Notes: generated by a model not told the origin, from the sequence alone. A stretch of DNA of 64,000 nucleotides from Rudaea sp. (GCA_036496665.1 DASXKR010000039.1:15-64014), one strand, 5' to 3'. Positions 1 to 11,306 are shown, counted from the stretch's first letter. Numbers and translations are program-made.

Positions 1-5
1 AGGGG

Positions 6-141
6 TGAGGGTCGGGTCCCATGTCGACGTCGATAAATGGCCCGACCCTCATCCGCCTCATCTGCGCACGCTGAGAACGAGTCGAAAATTGTCTGTGCAG
101 TCGCGGCGCGTACAGGTGCACCTTCTCCCATTGGGAGAAGG
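6..141. repeat. REP-like palindromic intergenic repeat (probably continues left of window)
   Basis: TGAGGGTCGGG (6-16) pairs with CCCGACCCTCA (41-51); CCTTCTCCC-ATT-GGGAGAAGG hairpin (121-141); lies just downstream of trpS stop. Confidence 0.6.
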
Positions 142-159
142 AAGAACAAAGCGCAGCTG

Positions 160-1386
160 CTAAGCGCCGGAGTTCAGCGATTCCATTGCAGCACGTGCGG
201 CCGCCATCGCCGCCTTCGGGTCCGCAAAGCCGCCTTGCGTAGCCAGCACATCGCGTCTGGCATCGAGCACCTTGAAGGCAAAGGCGTCGGCCTCGCGAAA
301 TACCACCGGCTGCAATGCCGGCTTTTCGGCGCGTTCGCTCTTCGCTTCTGCCGCCGCGCCAATGCCGGAACTCAGCGAGCGCAGTCCGACGGCATGGCGC
401 AGCCGCTCGACGAAAGGACGAGAGAGCTCGCGCGCACGCTTCGCACCAGCCTTCAGCTTTCTCTCAATATCGTTCGGATCGGCAATCAGCGTTTTATACT
501 TTTCGCGAAATGGCCGAATGTGTTCGTTTATCGAGTCAAATGCATGCTCCTTCAGCGCACCCCAACCCGGCCCCATCTCGTGCATCCTTTTCGCGATCTC
601 CGCATGCAGCACTCCACGATCCGGATTGAAAGCCTCAATGATCTGGTACAGAGCCGAGCTTTGCGCATCTTCTGCCGTCTGCGGACGCGACGAATCCGTG
701 ACAATGCCCATAATCGCCTTGCGCAGTTCCTTCTCGGGCAGCCATAGTGGAATCGTGTTGTCGTAGCTCTTCGACATCTTGCGGCCGTCGAGACCCGGCA
801 GCGTCGCCACGTTGTCCTCGATCGAGGCTTCCGGCAGCGTGAAGTAGTCGCTGCCGTACAGATGATTGAAACGCTGGCCGATGTCGCGCGCCATCTCGAT
901 GTGCTGGATCTGGTCGCGCCCGACCGGCACCTTGTTCGCGTTGAACAGCAGGATGTCGGCGGCCATCAGCACCGGATACATGTACAGGCCGGCATTGATG
1001 CCGGCGTCAGCATCATCGCCTTTCTCGCGATTGACGTCGGTCGCGGACTTGTACGCGTGTGCGCGGTTCAACAAGCCCTTCGCGGTGATGCAGGTCAGCA
1101 GCCAGGTCAGCTCCGGGATTTCCGGAATGTCGGACTGCCGGTAGAAGTACACTTTTTCCGGATCGAGTCCGCAGGCCAGCCAGCTCGCGGCGATCTCCAG
1201 CGTCGACTGCTGGATGCGTGCCGGGTCGTCGCACTTGACCAGCGCGTGGTAGTCGGCCAGGAAGTAGAACGACTCGACGCCGGGATCGCGGCTGGCCGCG
1301 ATCGCCGGGCGAATGGCGCCGACATAGTTACCCAGGTGCGGCGCACCGGTCGTCGTGATGCCGGTCAGTACTCTGCTCTTGCTCAT
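160..1386 (-). CDS. trpS: Tryptophan--tRNA ligase
   Basis: TGITTTGAPHLGNY (HIGH-like), VPVGRDQIQH, GLDGRKMSKSYDN (KMSKS); start set at MSKSRVL. Confidence 0.96.
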   Translation of the reverse strand: MSKSRVLTGITTTGAPHLGNYVGAIRPAIAASRDPGVESFYFLADYHALVKCDDPARIQQSTLEIAASWLACGLDPEKVYFYRQSDIPEIPELTWLLTCITAKGLLNRAHAYKSATDVNREKGDDADAGINAGLYMYPVLMAADILLFNANKVPVGRDQIQHIEMARDIGQRFNHLYGSDYFTLPEASIEDNVATLPGLDGRKMSKSYDNTIPLWLPEKELRKAIMGIVTDSSRPQTAEDAQSSALYQIIEAFNPDRGVLHAEIAKRMHEMGPGWGALKEHAFDSINEHIRPFREKYKTLIADPNDIERKLKAGAKRARELSRPFVERLRHAVGLRSLSSGIGAAAEAKSERAEKPALQPVVFREADAFAFKVLDARRDVLATQGGFADPKAAMAAARAAMESLNSGA

Positions 1387-1523
1387 GCGCTGGCGAACAA
1401 TTCCTCGGTGAAAGGCCAGTTTACGCGATAGATCGCAGGTTCGCCGCCATGCCTCATGGCGGATTAACCCCGACGGTGAGCGGCCCGCGTTCCATCGTCC
1501 ACCTCGCCCACGAAGGAGTCGCC

Positions 1524-2378
1524 ATGAAAGCCCTGCTGTCCATTGCTGTCGCTGCTGCCCTGTCCGTGTCCGCTCTTGCACACGCCGGGTCGCTGGTCGA
1601 TGTCACTGTGATCGATCGCGATAGCGGATCGATCCTGCCTGTCCATCGCCACGACGGAAAGCTGTTCGTCGCCGGTATGCCGGGACATCGCTACGCCGTT
1701 CGCCTGTACAACCACTCCGCTGCCCGTGTGCTGACCATTCTGTCGGTCGACGGCGTCAACGCGATCACCGGCCAGACCGCCGATCCGCAACAGTCCGGCT
1801 ACGTGCTCGAAGCGAGCCAGAGCACCGAAGTCGACGGCTGGCGCAAGGACATGTCCGAGATCGCGCAGTTCAATTTCACCGCGATCGACAACAGCTATGC
1901 CGCGCGCACCGGACGGCCGGACAACGTCGGAGTGATCGGCGTCGCCGTGTTTCGCGAGAAAGCGCCGGTCCGGCGCGAGCGTGACGACAAGATCTCGATG
2001 CGTGAAGCACCCGCGCAACCGTACGCCGCCGACGCAACCGCCGCCGCATCCCCGCCGGCGCCCGCGTCAAACGCCGCGGAACGGACGAAGTCCACGAATA
2101 CTTCGGCCGGCGCCGCGAAAGACTTCGGCGGCCTAGCCGCCCAGCGTCGGGTCCCGAAACCCGAGGAAACGCTCGGCACAGGCCATGGCGCACGCGAGTC
2201 CTCGTATGCCAGCTACACGACGTTCGAGCGCGCCGGATCCAGTCCCGATGAAGTCGAGTCGATCTGGTACGACAGTTATCGCAATCTGGTCGCCCGCGGC
2301 GTAATCCCGCAGCCGCGGCCGATCGCCGTCGAGCCGCAACCGTTCCCGAACCGTTTCGTGCCGGATCCGGCCGGCTGA
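1524..2378 (+). CDS. Conserved secreted hypothetical protein
   Basis: AAGGAG RBS, signal peptide MKALLSIAVAAALSVSALAHA, conserved-looking SVDGVNA/GVIGVAVFRE/LGTGHG motifs. Confidence 0.8.
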   Translation: MKALLSIAVAAALSVSALAHAGSLVDVTVIDRDSGSILPVHRHDGKLFVAGMPGHRYAVRLYNHSAARVLTILSVDGVNAITGQTADPQQSGYVLEASQSTEVDGWRKDMSEIAQFNFTAIDNSYAARTGRPDNVGVIGVAVFREKAPVRRERDDKISMREAPAQPYAADATAAASPPAPASNAAERTKSTNTSAGAAKDFGGLAAQRRVPKPEETLGTGHGARESSYASYTTFERAGSSPDEVESIWYDSYRNLVARGVIPQPRPIAVEPQPFPNRFVPDPAG

Positions 2379-2484
2379 TCACGCGCCGTGGCGCGAACGG
2401 CCGCGCCGACCTGCGTGACGAATCACAGCGTCCGAAACGCAGCCGCTGTTAGACTGCAGCGATTCGTCTGGCGGAGTGTTCGCG

Positions 2485-3582
2485 ATGTCATTGCAGTGGA
2501 AGCTTCGGCTGATTCCGATCGCGCTGATGTTGCCTGTGCTGTTCGCGCCGGCACAGCACGCGCTCGCCTACGGCGAGGCCGTTGGTGGTTTCCCGAACTG
2601 GGAGGAGTATGTATTGCTCGAGTGGATGAATCGCGCAAGATCGGACCCGCAAGCCGATCTCGCCGGCTGTTCGACGGCAACCTGTGCCGAAAAAGCCTGC
2701 TACACGACGCCAAGCCCCCCGCGCTACCTGAACGCCCTGCTCGAGCATTCCGCCCGGTTCCATTCCGCGCACATGCTCGACAACAATTACTTCAGTCATC
2801 CGTCGCAGTGCACCTTGTTCGTGGCCATCGGCACGCTCTACCCCGCGACCTGCTCCGGCGCCGCCGCCTGTTCCTGCACGCAGGGAGCGCTCGTCGGCGA
2901 CAACACTCAATGGACCGATCCTTTCACGCGCATGGACTATTTCGGCGCAAACATAGGATCGAGCGGCCATAGCGAAATCATTGCCGCCGGCAGCGCCGGG
3001 CCAAACGCGACGTTCTATGACTCATGGCTGTACGAAAAAACCACGGACAGCACGTGTGGTGACCACGACAACGGCGACAACGGCCACCGCTACATTATTC
3101 TTTACGACGGCTTCGGCGAACTGGCCGGCGCCGGCTATCTGAGCAATACCGGCGGCTTCTCCGGCATCTATGGGTCCTACGCGACAATGGATTTCAGCGG
3201 CGACAGTCTGATCGCTCCGAAGGTACCGTCGGGCGCGCATTATCCGCAGCAGGCTGCCAGTGTCGATGCGTGGGCGAACTGGTACGACAACGCCGCGCCG
3301 CAGGCGAACAAGATCAATGTCGACGGCGTCTGCAGCGACTTGGCGCTGACGCGCGGGACCACGACGAACGGCGCCTGGCACGGCACGCTGAACGGTGTCG
3401 GCACGGGCTGTCATCACTACTATTTTGCATTCAAGGACAATGCGGGCAAGGACGTGTTGTTCCCGGGCGTCGGATCGCTGACGATCGGCGACGGTGGCGC
3501 GCAATGCCCTTCTTACAGCGCGGTGACGCCGCCAAGCTGCAGCGGTTTCGACCGGATCTTCGCCGCAGGATTCAGTCTCTGA
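2485..3582 (+). CDS. Secreted Cys-rich CAP/SCP-like domain protein with C-terminal DRIFAAGF tail
   Basis: Signal peptide; NRARSDP, SARFHSAHM, FSH, EIIAAG, GHRYII CAP-like motifs. Confidence 0.75.
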   Translation: MSLQWKLRLIPIALMLPVLFAPAQHALAYGEAVGGFPNWEEYVLLEWMNRARSDPQADLAGCSTATCAEKACYTTPSPPRYLNALLEHSARFHSAHMLDNNYFSHPSQCTLFVAIGTLYPATCSGAAACSCTQGALVGDNTQWTDPFTRMDYFGANIGSSGHSEIIAAGSAGPNATFYDSWLYEKTTDSTCGDHDNGDNGHRYIILYDGFGELAGAGYLSNTGGFSGIYGSYATMDFSGDSLIAPKVPSGAHYPQQAASVDAWANWYDNAAPQANKINVDGVCSDLALTRGTTTNGAWHGTLNGVGTGCHHYYFAFKDNAGKDVLFPGVGSLTIGDGGAQCPSYSAVTPPSCSGFDRIFAAGFSL

Positions 3583-3613
3583 GCTTTGTGGTTGCGCAGG
3601 GCAGCCACGGGCA

Positions 3614-4540
3614 TCACGATTCGTCGCGCATCAGCGTCGACTTGCCGAACAGGCTCTCGATCAGGTCGACCGCGAGCTTCGCGGTCTGGTTGCGGTGGTC
3701 GAGCGACGGATTGAGTTCGACCACGTCGAGCGAACCGAGCCGGCCGGTGTCGGCGATCATCTCCATGCACAGCTGTGCTTCACGATAGTTCGGGCCGCCA
3801 GGAATCGTCGTGCCGACGCCGGGCGCAATATCGGGATCGAGGAAATCCACGTCGAAACTGACGTGCAGGTGCGTGTCGGCAGCGACGCCTTCGAGCGCTT
3901 CCTCCATGACGCGCTTCATGCCGATCTCGTCGATGTAGCGCATGTCGTAGATATCGAGCCCGCAGTCATGCACGAGTTTCTTCTCGCCGGCGTCGACCGA
4001 GCGGATGCCGATCTGGCGGATCGCATCGGCCGTGATCGCCGGCGCGCTGCCGCCGAGCCCGGTCAGTTCGACGGGTCCGTTTCCGCAAAGGCACGCGACC
4101 GGCATGCCGTGGATGTTGCCGGACGGCGTGATGACCGAGGTGTTGAAGTCCGCGTGCGCGTCGAGCCAGAGTACGCGCAATTTTTTTCGGCTTTCGCGGC
4201 AGTGGCGCGCGACCGCGGTGATCGAGCCGATCGCGAGGCAGTGATCGCCGCCGAGCATGATCGGCAGGCGTTGCCCGGCCAGTTCCTCCGAGACCGCGCG
4301 CAGTACCTCGCGGTTCCATTCGACGACCTGCGCCAGGTGCCGGTAGCCGCCCGATGGCGGCAGCCACGGATTGTGCGGCCCGAACAGATTGCCGCGATCG
4401 AGCACATCCAGGCCGCGCGCAGACAAGGCCTCGGCGATGCCCGCGACGCGCAGCGCTTCCGGACCCATCGATGCGCCGCGGTCGCCCGCACCGATGTCGG
4501 TCGGCACGCCGATCAGTGCAATGGGAGGGAATGCGCGCAT
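3614..4540 (-). CDS. rocF: Arginase
   Basis: GGDHC, DAHADFN, SGNIHGMP, SFDVDFLDP Mn-binding ureohydrolase motifs. Confidence 0.93.
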   Translation of the reverse strand: MRAFPPIALIGVPTDIGAGDRGASMGPEALRVAGIAEALSARGLDVLDRGNLFGPHNPWLPPSGGYRHLAQVVEWNREVLRAVSEELAGQRLPIMLGGDHCLAIGSITAVARHCRESRKKLRVLWLDAHADFNTSVITPSGNIHGMPVACLCGNGPVELTGLGGSAPAITADAIRQIGIRSVDAGEKKLVHDCGLDIYDMRYIDEIGMKRVMEEALEGVAADTHLHVSFDVDFLDPDIAPGVGTTIPGGPNYREAQLCMEMIADTGRLGSLDVVELNPSLDHRNQTAKLAVDLIESLFGKSTLMRDES

Positions 4541-4697
4541 CTCTACGGTCGCCTGCGTTGTCAGCGCGCGGGTGCGGCGCGGGCGCGTAGCATAGGACGC
4601 CGCTGCCGATCGTGCCAGTCGCCGCCGGTCGCATATTCGATGCGTGGTATTCTGGCGTCGCGTCCGGCACGTCGACGCGCAACTGAAGAAAACAGCC

Positions 4698-5297
4698 ATG
4701 AGCAATCTGGTTGATTCCGTAATGACTCACCTGGACGATCCGCAAGTCGCGCAGATTGCCGCCCAGCTCGGCACGACGCCTGACCAGGCGCGCGTGGCAA
4801 TCGAACATGCGCTGCCGCTGATCGTCGGCGGCATGGCGCAGAGCGCCAGCACGCCGGACGGCGCCGGTGCCCTGCATTCTGCACTGGGCGATCACGGCGG
4901 CCAGAGCATCACCGACGTACTCGCCAGCGTGCTAGGCAGCGGCGCCGCGTCGGGAATCGGCGGCGGCATCCTCGGCCACATCTTCGGTGGAAACCAGGAT
5001 GCAGCGAACCAGGGCCTCGGCCAGGTCACCGGCCTCGGCCAGCAAAACGCCGGGCAGTTGATGGCAATACTCGCGCCCGTCGTCATGGCTGCACTGGCGA
5101 ACCACGTCCAGAGTGGCGGCATGAACTCCGGCGCGCTCGGCGGCATGCTCGGACAGCAGTCGCAGCAGATCCAGCAAGGCGGCGGAATGGTGGGCGGCCT
5201 GCTGAGTGCAGTGCTGGGCCATAGCGGCGGCAATCTTGATCTGTCGGGCCTGATTCAGGGCGCCGGCGGCCTGCTCAGCGCATTCAACCGGCGCTGA
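4698..5297 (+). CDS. DUF937 (YidB-like) protein
   Basis: Gly-rich; QIAAQLG...ALPLIVGGM...GILGHIFG...LAPVVMAAL pattern. Confidence 0.75.
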   Translation: MSNLVDSVMTHLDDPQVAQIAAQLGTTPDQARVAIEHALPLIVGGMAQSASTPDGAGALHSALGDHGGQSITDVLASVLGSGAASGIGGGILGHIFGGNQDAANQGLGQVTGLGQQNAGQLMAILAPVVMAALANHVQSGGMNSGALGGMLGQQSQQIQQGGGMVGGLLSAVLGHSGGNLDLSGLIQGAGGLLSAFNRR

Positions 5298-5491
5298 CGC
5301 GCCACCCCCGAAGCTTAAGTGCCCGATCGCTGCCTGCCGGCGGCGATCGGGGCGCGCTCGCGTCGTTGTCGCGAACCAGGCGATCCATGGCGCCGCTCAA
5401 CGAGGCTGACAGAAATCTGACAGCTCGCGGTCCTTACCAAGATTGCAAATTTTCTATACGCTTGATCGGCAGTGAGCCCTTGGGGGAACGG

Positions 5492-6082
5492 ATGTCGGCC
5501 AGTTACGAGCCGATGGCGGCATCGGTCGGTACAGAGCAAGGCCTGATGGCGCGGATCGCCGGCGGCGATCGGCCGGCCGAGACCGAATTCGTGCGCCTGT
5601 TCGAGCGCGGCGTGCGCGTGCTGGTACGCCGCTATTGCCGCCCGGGCGACCCGATCGTCGACGATCTCGTGCAGGACGTGCTGAGCGGCGTGCTCGAACG
5701 TCTGCGCGCGGGTGCGATCCACGACCCTGCCGCATTGCCGGCCTACGTGCAGTCGGCCGTGGTTTACGCCACCAGCGCCGAATATCGCCGCCGCCGTCCG
5801 ACGCTGGCGGAAACCGCGATCGAGCAGATTCCCGACCGTGAAACGCCCGGCAGCCGCTTCGACGCGACGCAACTTGCAGACCTGTTGCGCGACTTGCTCG
5901 CCGGCATGGCAGTCGCGCGCGATCGCGAAATCCTGCGCCGCTTCTACCTCGAAGAGGAGGACAAGGACTCGGTCTGCCGCGCGCTGGCGATCGATCCGGG
6001 CCACTTCCATCGCGTCATGTTTCGCGCGCGCGAGCGTTTGCGTGTCATGGCCGAGCAGGCCGGCATCGGCGATCCACGGTGA
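5492..6082 (+). CDS. ECF sigma-70 factor
   Basis: Region 2 (RIAGGDRPAETEFV..DDLVQDV) and region 4 (RDREILRRFYLEEED..FRARERLR). Confidence 0.88.
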   Translation: MSASYEPMAASVGTEQGLMARIAGGDRPAETEFVRLFERGVRVLVRRYCRPGDPIVDDLVQDVLSGVLERLRAGAIHDPAALPAYVQSAVVYATSAEYRRRRPTLAETAIEQIPDRETPGSRFDATQLADLLRDLLAGMAVARDREILRRFYLEEEDKDSVCRALAIDPGHFHRVMFRARERLRVMAEQAGIGDPR

Positions 6083-6149
6083 GACAAATGCGCCATTGCC
6101 GACACCTTAGTCTGCACGGGGGATTTACCAGGACCCAAAGGAGCTGCAT

Positions 6150-6917
6150 GTGACCCCGACCCCAACGCCACTGCGCTTGTCCGCCTGGCTCGAACAGGCG
6201 TGGCTGCTGCGTTACCTCGACCGGCAGCTGTCGAGCGAGGAAACCAGCTGGTTCGAAGCCTACGTACTGGACAAACCTGAGCTGCTGGCTTCGATCGAAG
6301 CTGACCTCAACCTGTGCGATGCGCTGGCTGCCGACGCGGCGCAGCAGGCCCGCAGATTCGACAGCGGCGACGCGGCTGCCGCACCAGATGCCCGGACGCG
6401 TTCGGCGGGCGCTGCGTCGATCGATGCGATCGCAGCGAACGGCGGGCAGCCGACCGGCGTCGGCCAAGCCGATCGACATCGCCAGCCGACATCACGACAT
6501 GCCAACCGACCGCCGGCATGGCTCGGGCTGGCCGCATCGCTGCTCGTCGGCCTGGGCGCGGGCTGGATCGTGTCCGGCGCGCGCCGCCCCGGGTCCAGCA
6601 CGCCGGCGGTGATGGCCAGTCCTACCCGAATCGTCTACGACACCATGCGCGGAGAAGCCGCGCCGCCTCGCGTGGAACACGCCGGCTCAAAGTCGCCGTA
6701 TGTACTGATCGAAGTTGCGGTGCCACCCGGCGCGCAAGACGTCACGCTGAAATTCGGCGCCGCGCCCGAGCAGGCGCTGACGGCGTCGCCCGATGGCTTC
6801 GTCAGTTTTCTGGTCGGCCGCAGCGAGTTGAAAACTGCGCGCAACGCGCAGCTTGCCTACCGGTCAGGCGCGTCGCTTCGCACGCAGACGATCGACCTGG
6901 GGGTCGACGGCGGCTAG
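6150..6917 (+). CDS. Putative single-pass membrane anti-sigma factor
   Basis: AAGGAG RBS + GTG; N-terminal RYLDRQLSSEETSWFEAYV resembles a ZAS/zf-HC2 fold lacking metal ligands; TM WLGLAASLLVGLGAGWIV; follows sigma. Confidence 0.7.
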   Translation: MTPTPTPLRLSAWLEQAWLLRYLDRQLSSEETSWFEAYVLDKPELLASIEADLNLCDALAADAAQQARRFDSGDAAAAPDARTRSAGAASIDAIAANGGQPTGVGQADRHRQPTSRHANRPPAWLGLAASLLVGLGAGWIVSGARRPGSSTPAVMASPTRIVYDTMRGEAAPPRVEHAGSKSPYVLIEVAVPPGAQDVTLKFGAAPEQALTASPDGFVSFLVGRSELKTARNAQLAYRSGASLRTQTIDLGVDGG

Positions 6918-7336
6918 TGGCAATGCGCCCACTGACGGCGATTTACCCGCGCACCTGCATTCTTGTCGCGCTGCAGACCTTCGGTCTGCACGCCGGCTTG
7001 CGTGCACGATGGCCGGCGATTGCGTGCTGTTTCGATCGTCCCGGCTGCAGCGTCCGGCGTCGCTCGCACGCCATCGCTGGCGAACGTCGACAGCTCGGCG
7101 CGCCAGTCGCGCGTTGCCATCCGGCTTGAGACAACCAACGCCCGCCCGACACTTTCCCCGTCCGGAAGCCACTTTCGACTGCAGGGAGCAGGTCGTCGAC
7201 GACCGCGCCGTTCAGCGCATCGCCTGGCAGCACGCGCGGATCGCCAACGCCGGCGGCGACCTGCGGGGGCCTCACCCATGACGCCGGCGGCCGGACGCGA
7301 AAGCGTTCGTCATCAATGCAAGCCAGGGGATCCGAC

Positions 7337-8098
7337 ATGAATCGCACGATCTACGTTCGAACGGCACACTGTCTCATGACCATGAGTATACTTATATACA
7401 ACGGCGACCTGCAGGCGGCGTCGGCCAAGCCGAAAACGACCAAGCATGCGGCGGCCGCGACCGGGGGTGCAGCAGCGCTCGCTGGCGGCGACTGCATCGC
7501 GACCAATACCTGCGCAACGTTGCGGCCGGAGGCGCTCGGTGACGTCGTGACGCTGCGGCCAGGCAAGGACAACATCGGCATCCGCGCGGCGCGAGATCCG
7601 GAAAATTTCCTGACCATGAAGGCAGTTCCGCTGGGCCTGAGCTTCGGCGAATGCGGCGACATCAAGGAGGCGAACAAGCCGATCGCAGGCGACACGATAG
7701 CGATCGCGCCGAGCGGCGACGGTGGCTACGTACTGTCGCTGAAGAGCGGAACCGGAACGCTCAAGCTGCAGGCAACGCTGTCCGCCCAGCGCCAGCAACT
7801 CGGCGGAACAGACCAGATTGTGTACCTGTCCGGAAACTATCAAGGCACGCTCGATACCTACAAATTCGCCGCATACCTTCTTGACCGCAAGTCCGATCCG
7901 CCGAACAAGTTCCAGAAGCAGTATCGGCTGGAGATCTTCGACAGCAAATGCATTGCAGCACGGCCGGAAACGCCGGGCAATATCGCTGCGCAAGCGCCGG
8001 TCGCGGCAATGACCACCCGCAGCATGGTCAGGACTGCTCGCAAGATTCCGTGCGAAGGACCGATCGGACAGGGCGGCCAGCCGCCGTGGCCGGGATGA
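7337..8098 (+). CDS. Hypothetical, probably exported Cys-containing protein
   Basis: GGGGA RBS-like; natural amino-acid composition; lies between anti-sigma and CHAT gene. Confidence 0.65.
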   Translation: MNRTIYVRTAHCLMTMSILIYNGDLQAASAKPKTTKHAAAATGGAAALAGGDCIATNTCATLRPEALGDVVTLRPGKDNIGIRAARDPENFLTMKAVPLGLSFGECGDIKEANKPIAGDTIAIAPSGDGGYVLSLKSGTGTLKLQATLSAQRQQLGGTDQIVYLSGNYQGTLDTYKFAAYLLDRKSDPPNKFQKQYRLEIFDSKCIAARPETPGNIAAQAPVAAMTTRSMVRTARKIPCEGPIGQGGQPPWPG

Positions 8099-8143
8099 TT
8101 GCCTTACACTAGCCAGGTGCTGTTCCAACCGGCGTAGGCAAGC

Positions 8144-11100
8144 TTGCGCAGACTGTTGCTGGGTGCGTTGTTGCTGTTGTTGTCCGAAGCCCAGGCGCAA
8201 ACGACCGGGGTGCAGCTCTCGTGCGCGGCGGCATCGCCGCCACGCACGATCGGGGTGCCGCTGGATGGCACGGGCCTGCGCCTGCACATCGTCACAGGTT
8301 CGTCGTGGCTCGAGATCGAAGAGCTCGGTCAGCGCGTGACGGTCGCCGCCGCGACCACCGATTTGATCACCATTCCGCAACCGTTGCGCTACGGCTGGCA
8401 CTGGCTGCAAGCGAACGCGGGCGAGACCATCGTGGTGCAGCGCCGCGAACCGCAAGACCACGCGGCGACGAAAATCAGGGCCACGATGCATTGTTCGCCC
8501 TCTGCCGACTTGGAAGCGCGGATTGCCTGGCTCAGACGCGCCAGTGAGCTTGGCGCAACGCTCGACAGCCCGTCCGGAGCAGAGCAGCTTGCCCGATCGC
8601 TCACGGCGATTCGAAAACTCGACGAAGACGCCGCCAATCCGCTTCAGCACGCGATTGCCCTGCACTTCAGCGCCGAATTGTTTGGCGCGAACAGCCGCGC
8701 GCGGGAAGCGATCGACGCGTTCGAAACAGCCGAGCGGGCCTGGCTTGCCCTGCGCGATCACGAGCGCGCGCTGGCCGCACATCTGGGCCGGATCGAGGAG
8801 CTGCACGCCAGTGACGCGCATCAGGCCGTGCTCGACGGAACGCCCGATCCGGCGAGCCTGCACGGCCCGCAGTCGTATTTCGCCACCCGCCTGGAGAATC
8901 CACGCTGCCTGACCCTGCAACTGCTCGGCCGCCTCGACGAAGCAGCCGCCTGCTTCGACTGGCTGCTGGCGCACTATCGCACCCTCGACGAGGGCGCCGA
9001 CTACATTGCCGCCGCACAGAATTACGCCGGCCTGCTGCGCGACCGCGGCGACCTGAAGGGTGCGCAGAAGATCGGCGAGCGCAGCCTTGAACTGGCGAGC
9101 GGACCCTACGCGCCGATGCTGCGTGGCCGACTGCGACTGATGCTGGCGGACCTGGCGATGCGCCGTGGCCAAGTCGCACGAGCATTCAGCGACGCCGAAC
9201 TCGCGCTGGGCGAATTCGACCAGGGGCAGTTCGATGCCGCGCTCTGGCAGGCCAGCACGCTGACATTCACCGCCGCGCTCTACAGCCAGGTCGGCGCCAA
9301 TGAGGAGGCGCTCGGCGCACTCGGCGATGCCGTCAGGATTCTCTCGCCACTCAATGCGCCGGGCCGCATGGCGGCAGCCATGAACATCTACGCCGATATC
9401 GAAACCAATCTGCAGCGGAATGACACGGCGCTGTTCTGGCGCCACGCAGCCGAGCAGACCTATCAGCGGCTGGCGCTGCTGCCCGCCTGGCGGTCGACGC
9501 GGGCCAAGCGGCTGGGGCTGCAGATAAGGCTCGGAGACTTTGCCGATGTCGCACGCGAAGTCGCCGACATTCCCGCGACAGATCCACTGTACAGGACCCA
9601 GCGGCTGCTGCTCGGAGCCGAGCTCGCGTTGCACGACGCACGCCTTGAAGACGCACTCTCGGCGCTCGACCAGGCAAGTCGGCTGCCGCTGTCGCTGCGC
9701 GACCAGATTCGCCTGACACTACTGAAGGCCAGGCACGGATACCTTGCAGGCGAACGTACGTCGATGCAACAGGCGCTGAGTGCCGGCGCGCGCCATGTCG
9801 ACACCCTCGCCCGACGCGCTGGCAACCCGACTCTGGCCTACGTCATCGCCAGGCAGTCATTGCGCCTGCGCGACGAAGCATTTCGCGTCGCGCTGGAGCA
9901 GCCCGCCGCGGAACAGACCGTCGAGACAGTCTGGGAATGGCTGGCCATTTCCGCCAGCGCCGCTTCAGTCGCGGCCGGCTCTGCTGACGAATCGGCCGAG
10001 CCGTTCGACCGCGCCGTGGCCGCCGAACTGCTTTCGCCGATCGAGCGGGCCAAGCCGGTGACCGACATGGCCGCCCAGCGCGAACTGCTGACGTTGCTGG
10101 CGCAGCCAAAAAAAAGCGCACCGCAAGCGCCCGCGCACGAAGCCGCCGACCTGCTCGCCGATTTTCGTCAGGCGCTGGACGAGGATTCGGCTTTCGTCGC
10201 CTTCATCGACGGCGGCGAGCGCGGCGCGCTGTTGTGGGTGACACATGACGCGGCGCGGATTGTCGCGACGGCGGCACCTGACCTGCTGCGCGCAAGCGCC
10301 GCGGCGCTGCGCGAGCAGGTCCATTCCGCCAGTGCGCCGGTTGCCGAAATCCGCGCCGCTGCGCACCAATTGTCAACGCAACTGTTCGGCGCAATCACGG
10401 CAGGACCGCCGCCGCACCGGCTGTTCGTGCTTGCCGATGAGCCTGCGATCGGCATCCCGTGGAGTGTCCTGCCGTGGCCAGGCCAGACCGAACCGCTGGT
10501 CGACTCGACGGCGGTCAGCCTGGTGCATCTGGCCCGGGCCGCTGATGCGTCAGCAGCGACAACGCCGCGAGCGCTGCGTGTCTTCGTCGCCGCTCAGTCG
10601 CTGGGCGATCCGGATCAGCTTCGACCTCTGGCCGGGGCAAGCGTCGAAGCCGGGCAAATCCACGACGCGCTCGGCGACGCCTTGCGCATCGAAGAAAATA
10701 CGCAGGCAACACGCCGCAGCGTGCTCAACTCACTCGAACAGAGCGGCGCGTGGCTGCACATTGCTGCACACGGCAGCGCATTGCCACAGCGCATCGGCTA
10801 TGCCGGCATCTGGCTCGAGCCGCCGGCGCCCGGAGCCACGCCGGCATTTCTCAGCTGGCTCGACGTGCTCGACAACGGCGTGCGCGCCGACCTCGTCGTC
10901 CTCGACGCCTGCCAGCTCGGCGACAGCGGCACGGCAATCGGCGGCAACTTGAGCTTTGCCGACGCGATGTCGCGTGCCGGTGCGCGGCGCGTCATCGCCG
11001 CGCTCTGGCCGGTCAGCGATGCTGCGTCGGCGTTGTGGGTACCTGCGTTCTATCGCGCGCTGCTCGCCGATCCGGCCCACGATGCGGCGCAGGCATTGCG

Positions 11101-11218
11101 AAATGCGCAACTGCGCCTGCGCGCGAGCCGCGCCTTCACGCATCCGTTTTTCTGGGCCAGCCTGCAATCGATTGAACGACTCGATCTGCCCGCATCGCAC
11201 AGAGTGCACCGGCGCTGA
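8144..11218 (+). CDS. Secreted TPR-CHAT domain (caspase-like) protease
   Basis: Signal peptide; helical repeats; WLHIAAHG (His), VVLDACQLG (Cys), [21 protein letters not shown]. Confidence 0.9.
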   Translation: MRRLLLGALLLLLSEAQAQTTGVQLSCAAASPPRTIGVPLDGTGLRLHIVTGSSWLEIEELGQRVTVAAATTDLITIPQPLRYGWHWLQANAGETIVVQRREPQDHAATKIRATMHCSPSADLEARIAWLRRASELGATLDSPSGAEQLARSLTAIRKLDEDAANPLQHAIALHFSAELFGANSRAREAIDAFETAERAWLALRDHERALAAHLGRIEELHASDAHQAVLDGTPDPASLHGPQSYFATRLENPRCLTLQLLGRLDEAAACFDWLLAHYRTLDEGADYIAAAQNYAGLLRDRGDLKGAQKIGERSLELASGPYAPMLRGRLRLMLADLAMRRGQVARAFSDAELALGEFDQGQFDAALWQASTLTFTAALYSQVGANEEALGALGDAVRILSPLNAPGRMAAAMNIYADIETNLQRNDTALFWRHAAEQTYQRLALLPAWRSTRAKRLGLQIRLGDFADVAREVADIPATDPLYRTQRLLLGAELALHDARLEDALSALDQASRLPLSLRDQIRLTLLKARHGYLAGERTSMQQALSAGARHVDTLARRAGNPTLAYVIARQSLRLRDEAFRVALEQPAAEQTVETVWEWLAISASAASVAAGSADESAEPFDRAVAAELLSPIERAKPVTDMAAQRELLTLLAQPKKSAPQAPAHEAADLLADFRQALDEDSAFVAFIDGGERGALLWVTHDAARIVATAAPDLLRASAAALREQVHSASAPVAEIRAAAHQLSTQLFGAITAGPPPHRLFVLADEPAIGIPWSVLPWPGQTEPLVDSTAVSLVHLARAADASAATTPRALRVFVAAQSLGDPDQLRPLAGASVEAGQIHDALGDALRIEENTQATRRSVLNSLEQSGAWLHIAAHGSALPQRIGYAGIWLEPPAPGATPAFLSWLDVLDNGVRADLVVLDACQLGDSGTAIGGNLSFADAMSRAGARRVIAALWPVSDAASALWVPAFYRALLADPAHDAAQALRNAQLRLRASRAFTHPFFWASLQSIERLDLPASHRVHRR

Positions 11219-11306
11219 CATTTCGCCGCAATGCCGGCGACGCGGTTGCGTCACCGTTCGGCGCCAGACTCGGAGCATTGCCGTCCGAGCGCTGGTGACA
11301 CGACTC

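Noticed and set aside
160-400. C-terminal extension on TrpRS
   Set aside because: Similar extensions are, to my knowledge, common in Xanthomonadales/Pseudomonas TrpRS
7313-9634. 773-aa minus-strand ORF
   Set aside because: Shadow of the CHAT locus, typical of high-GC DNA
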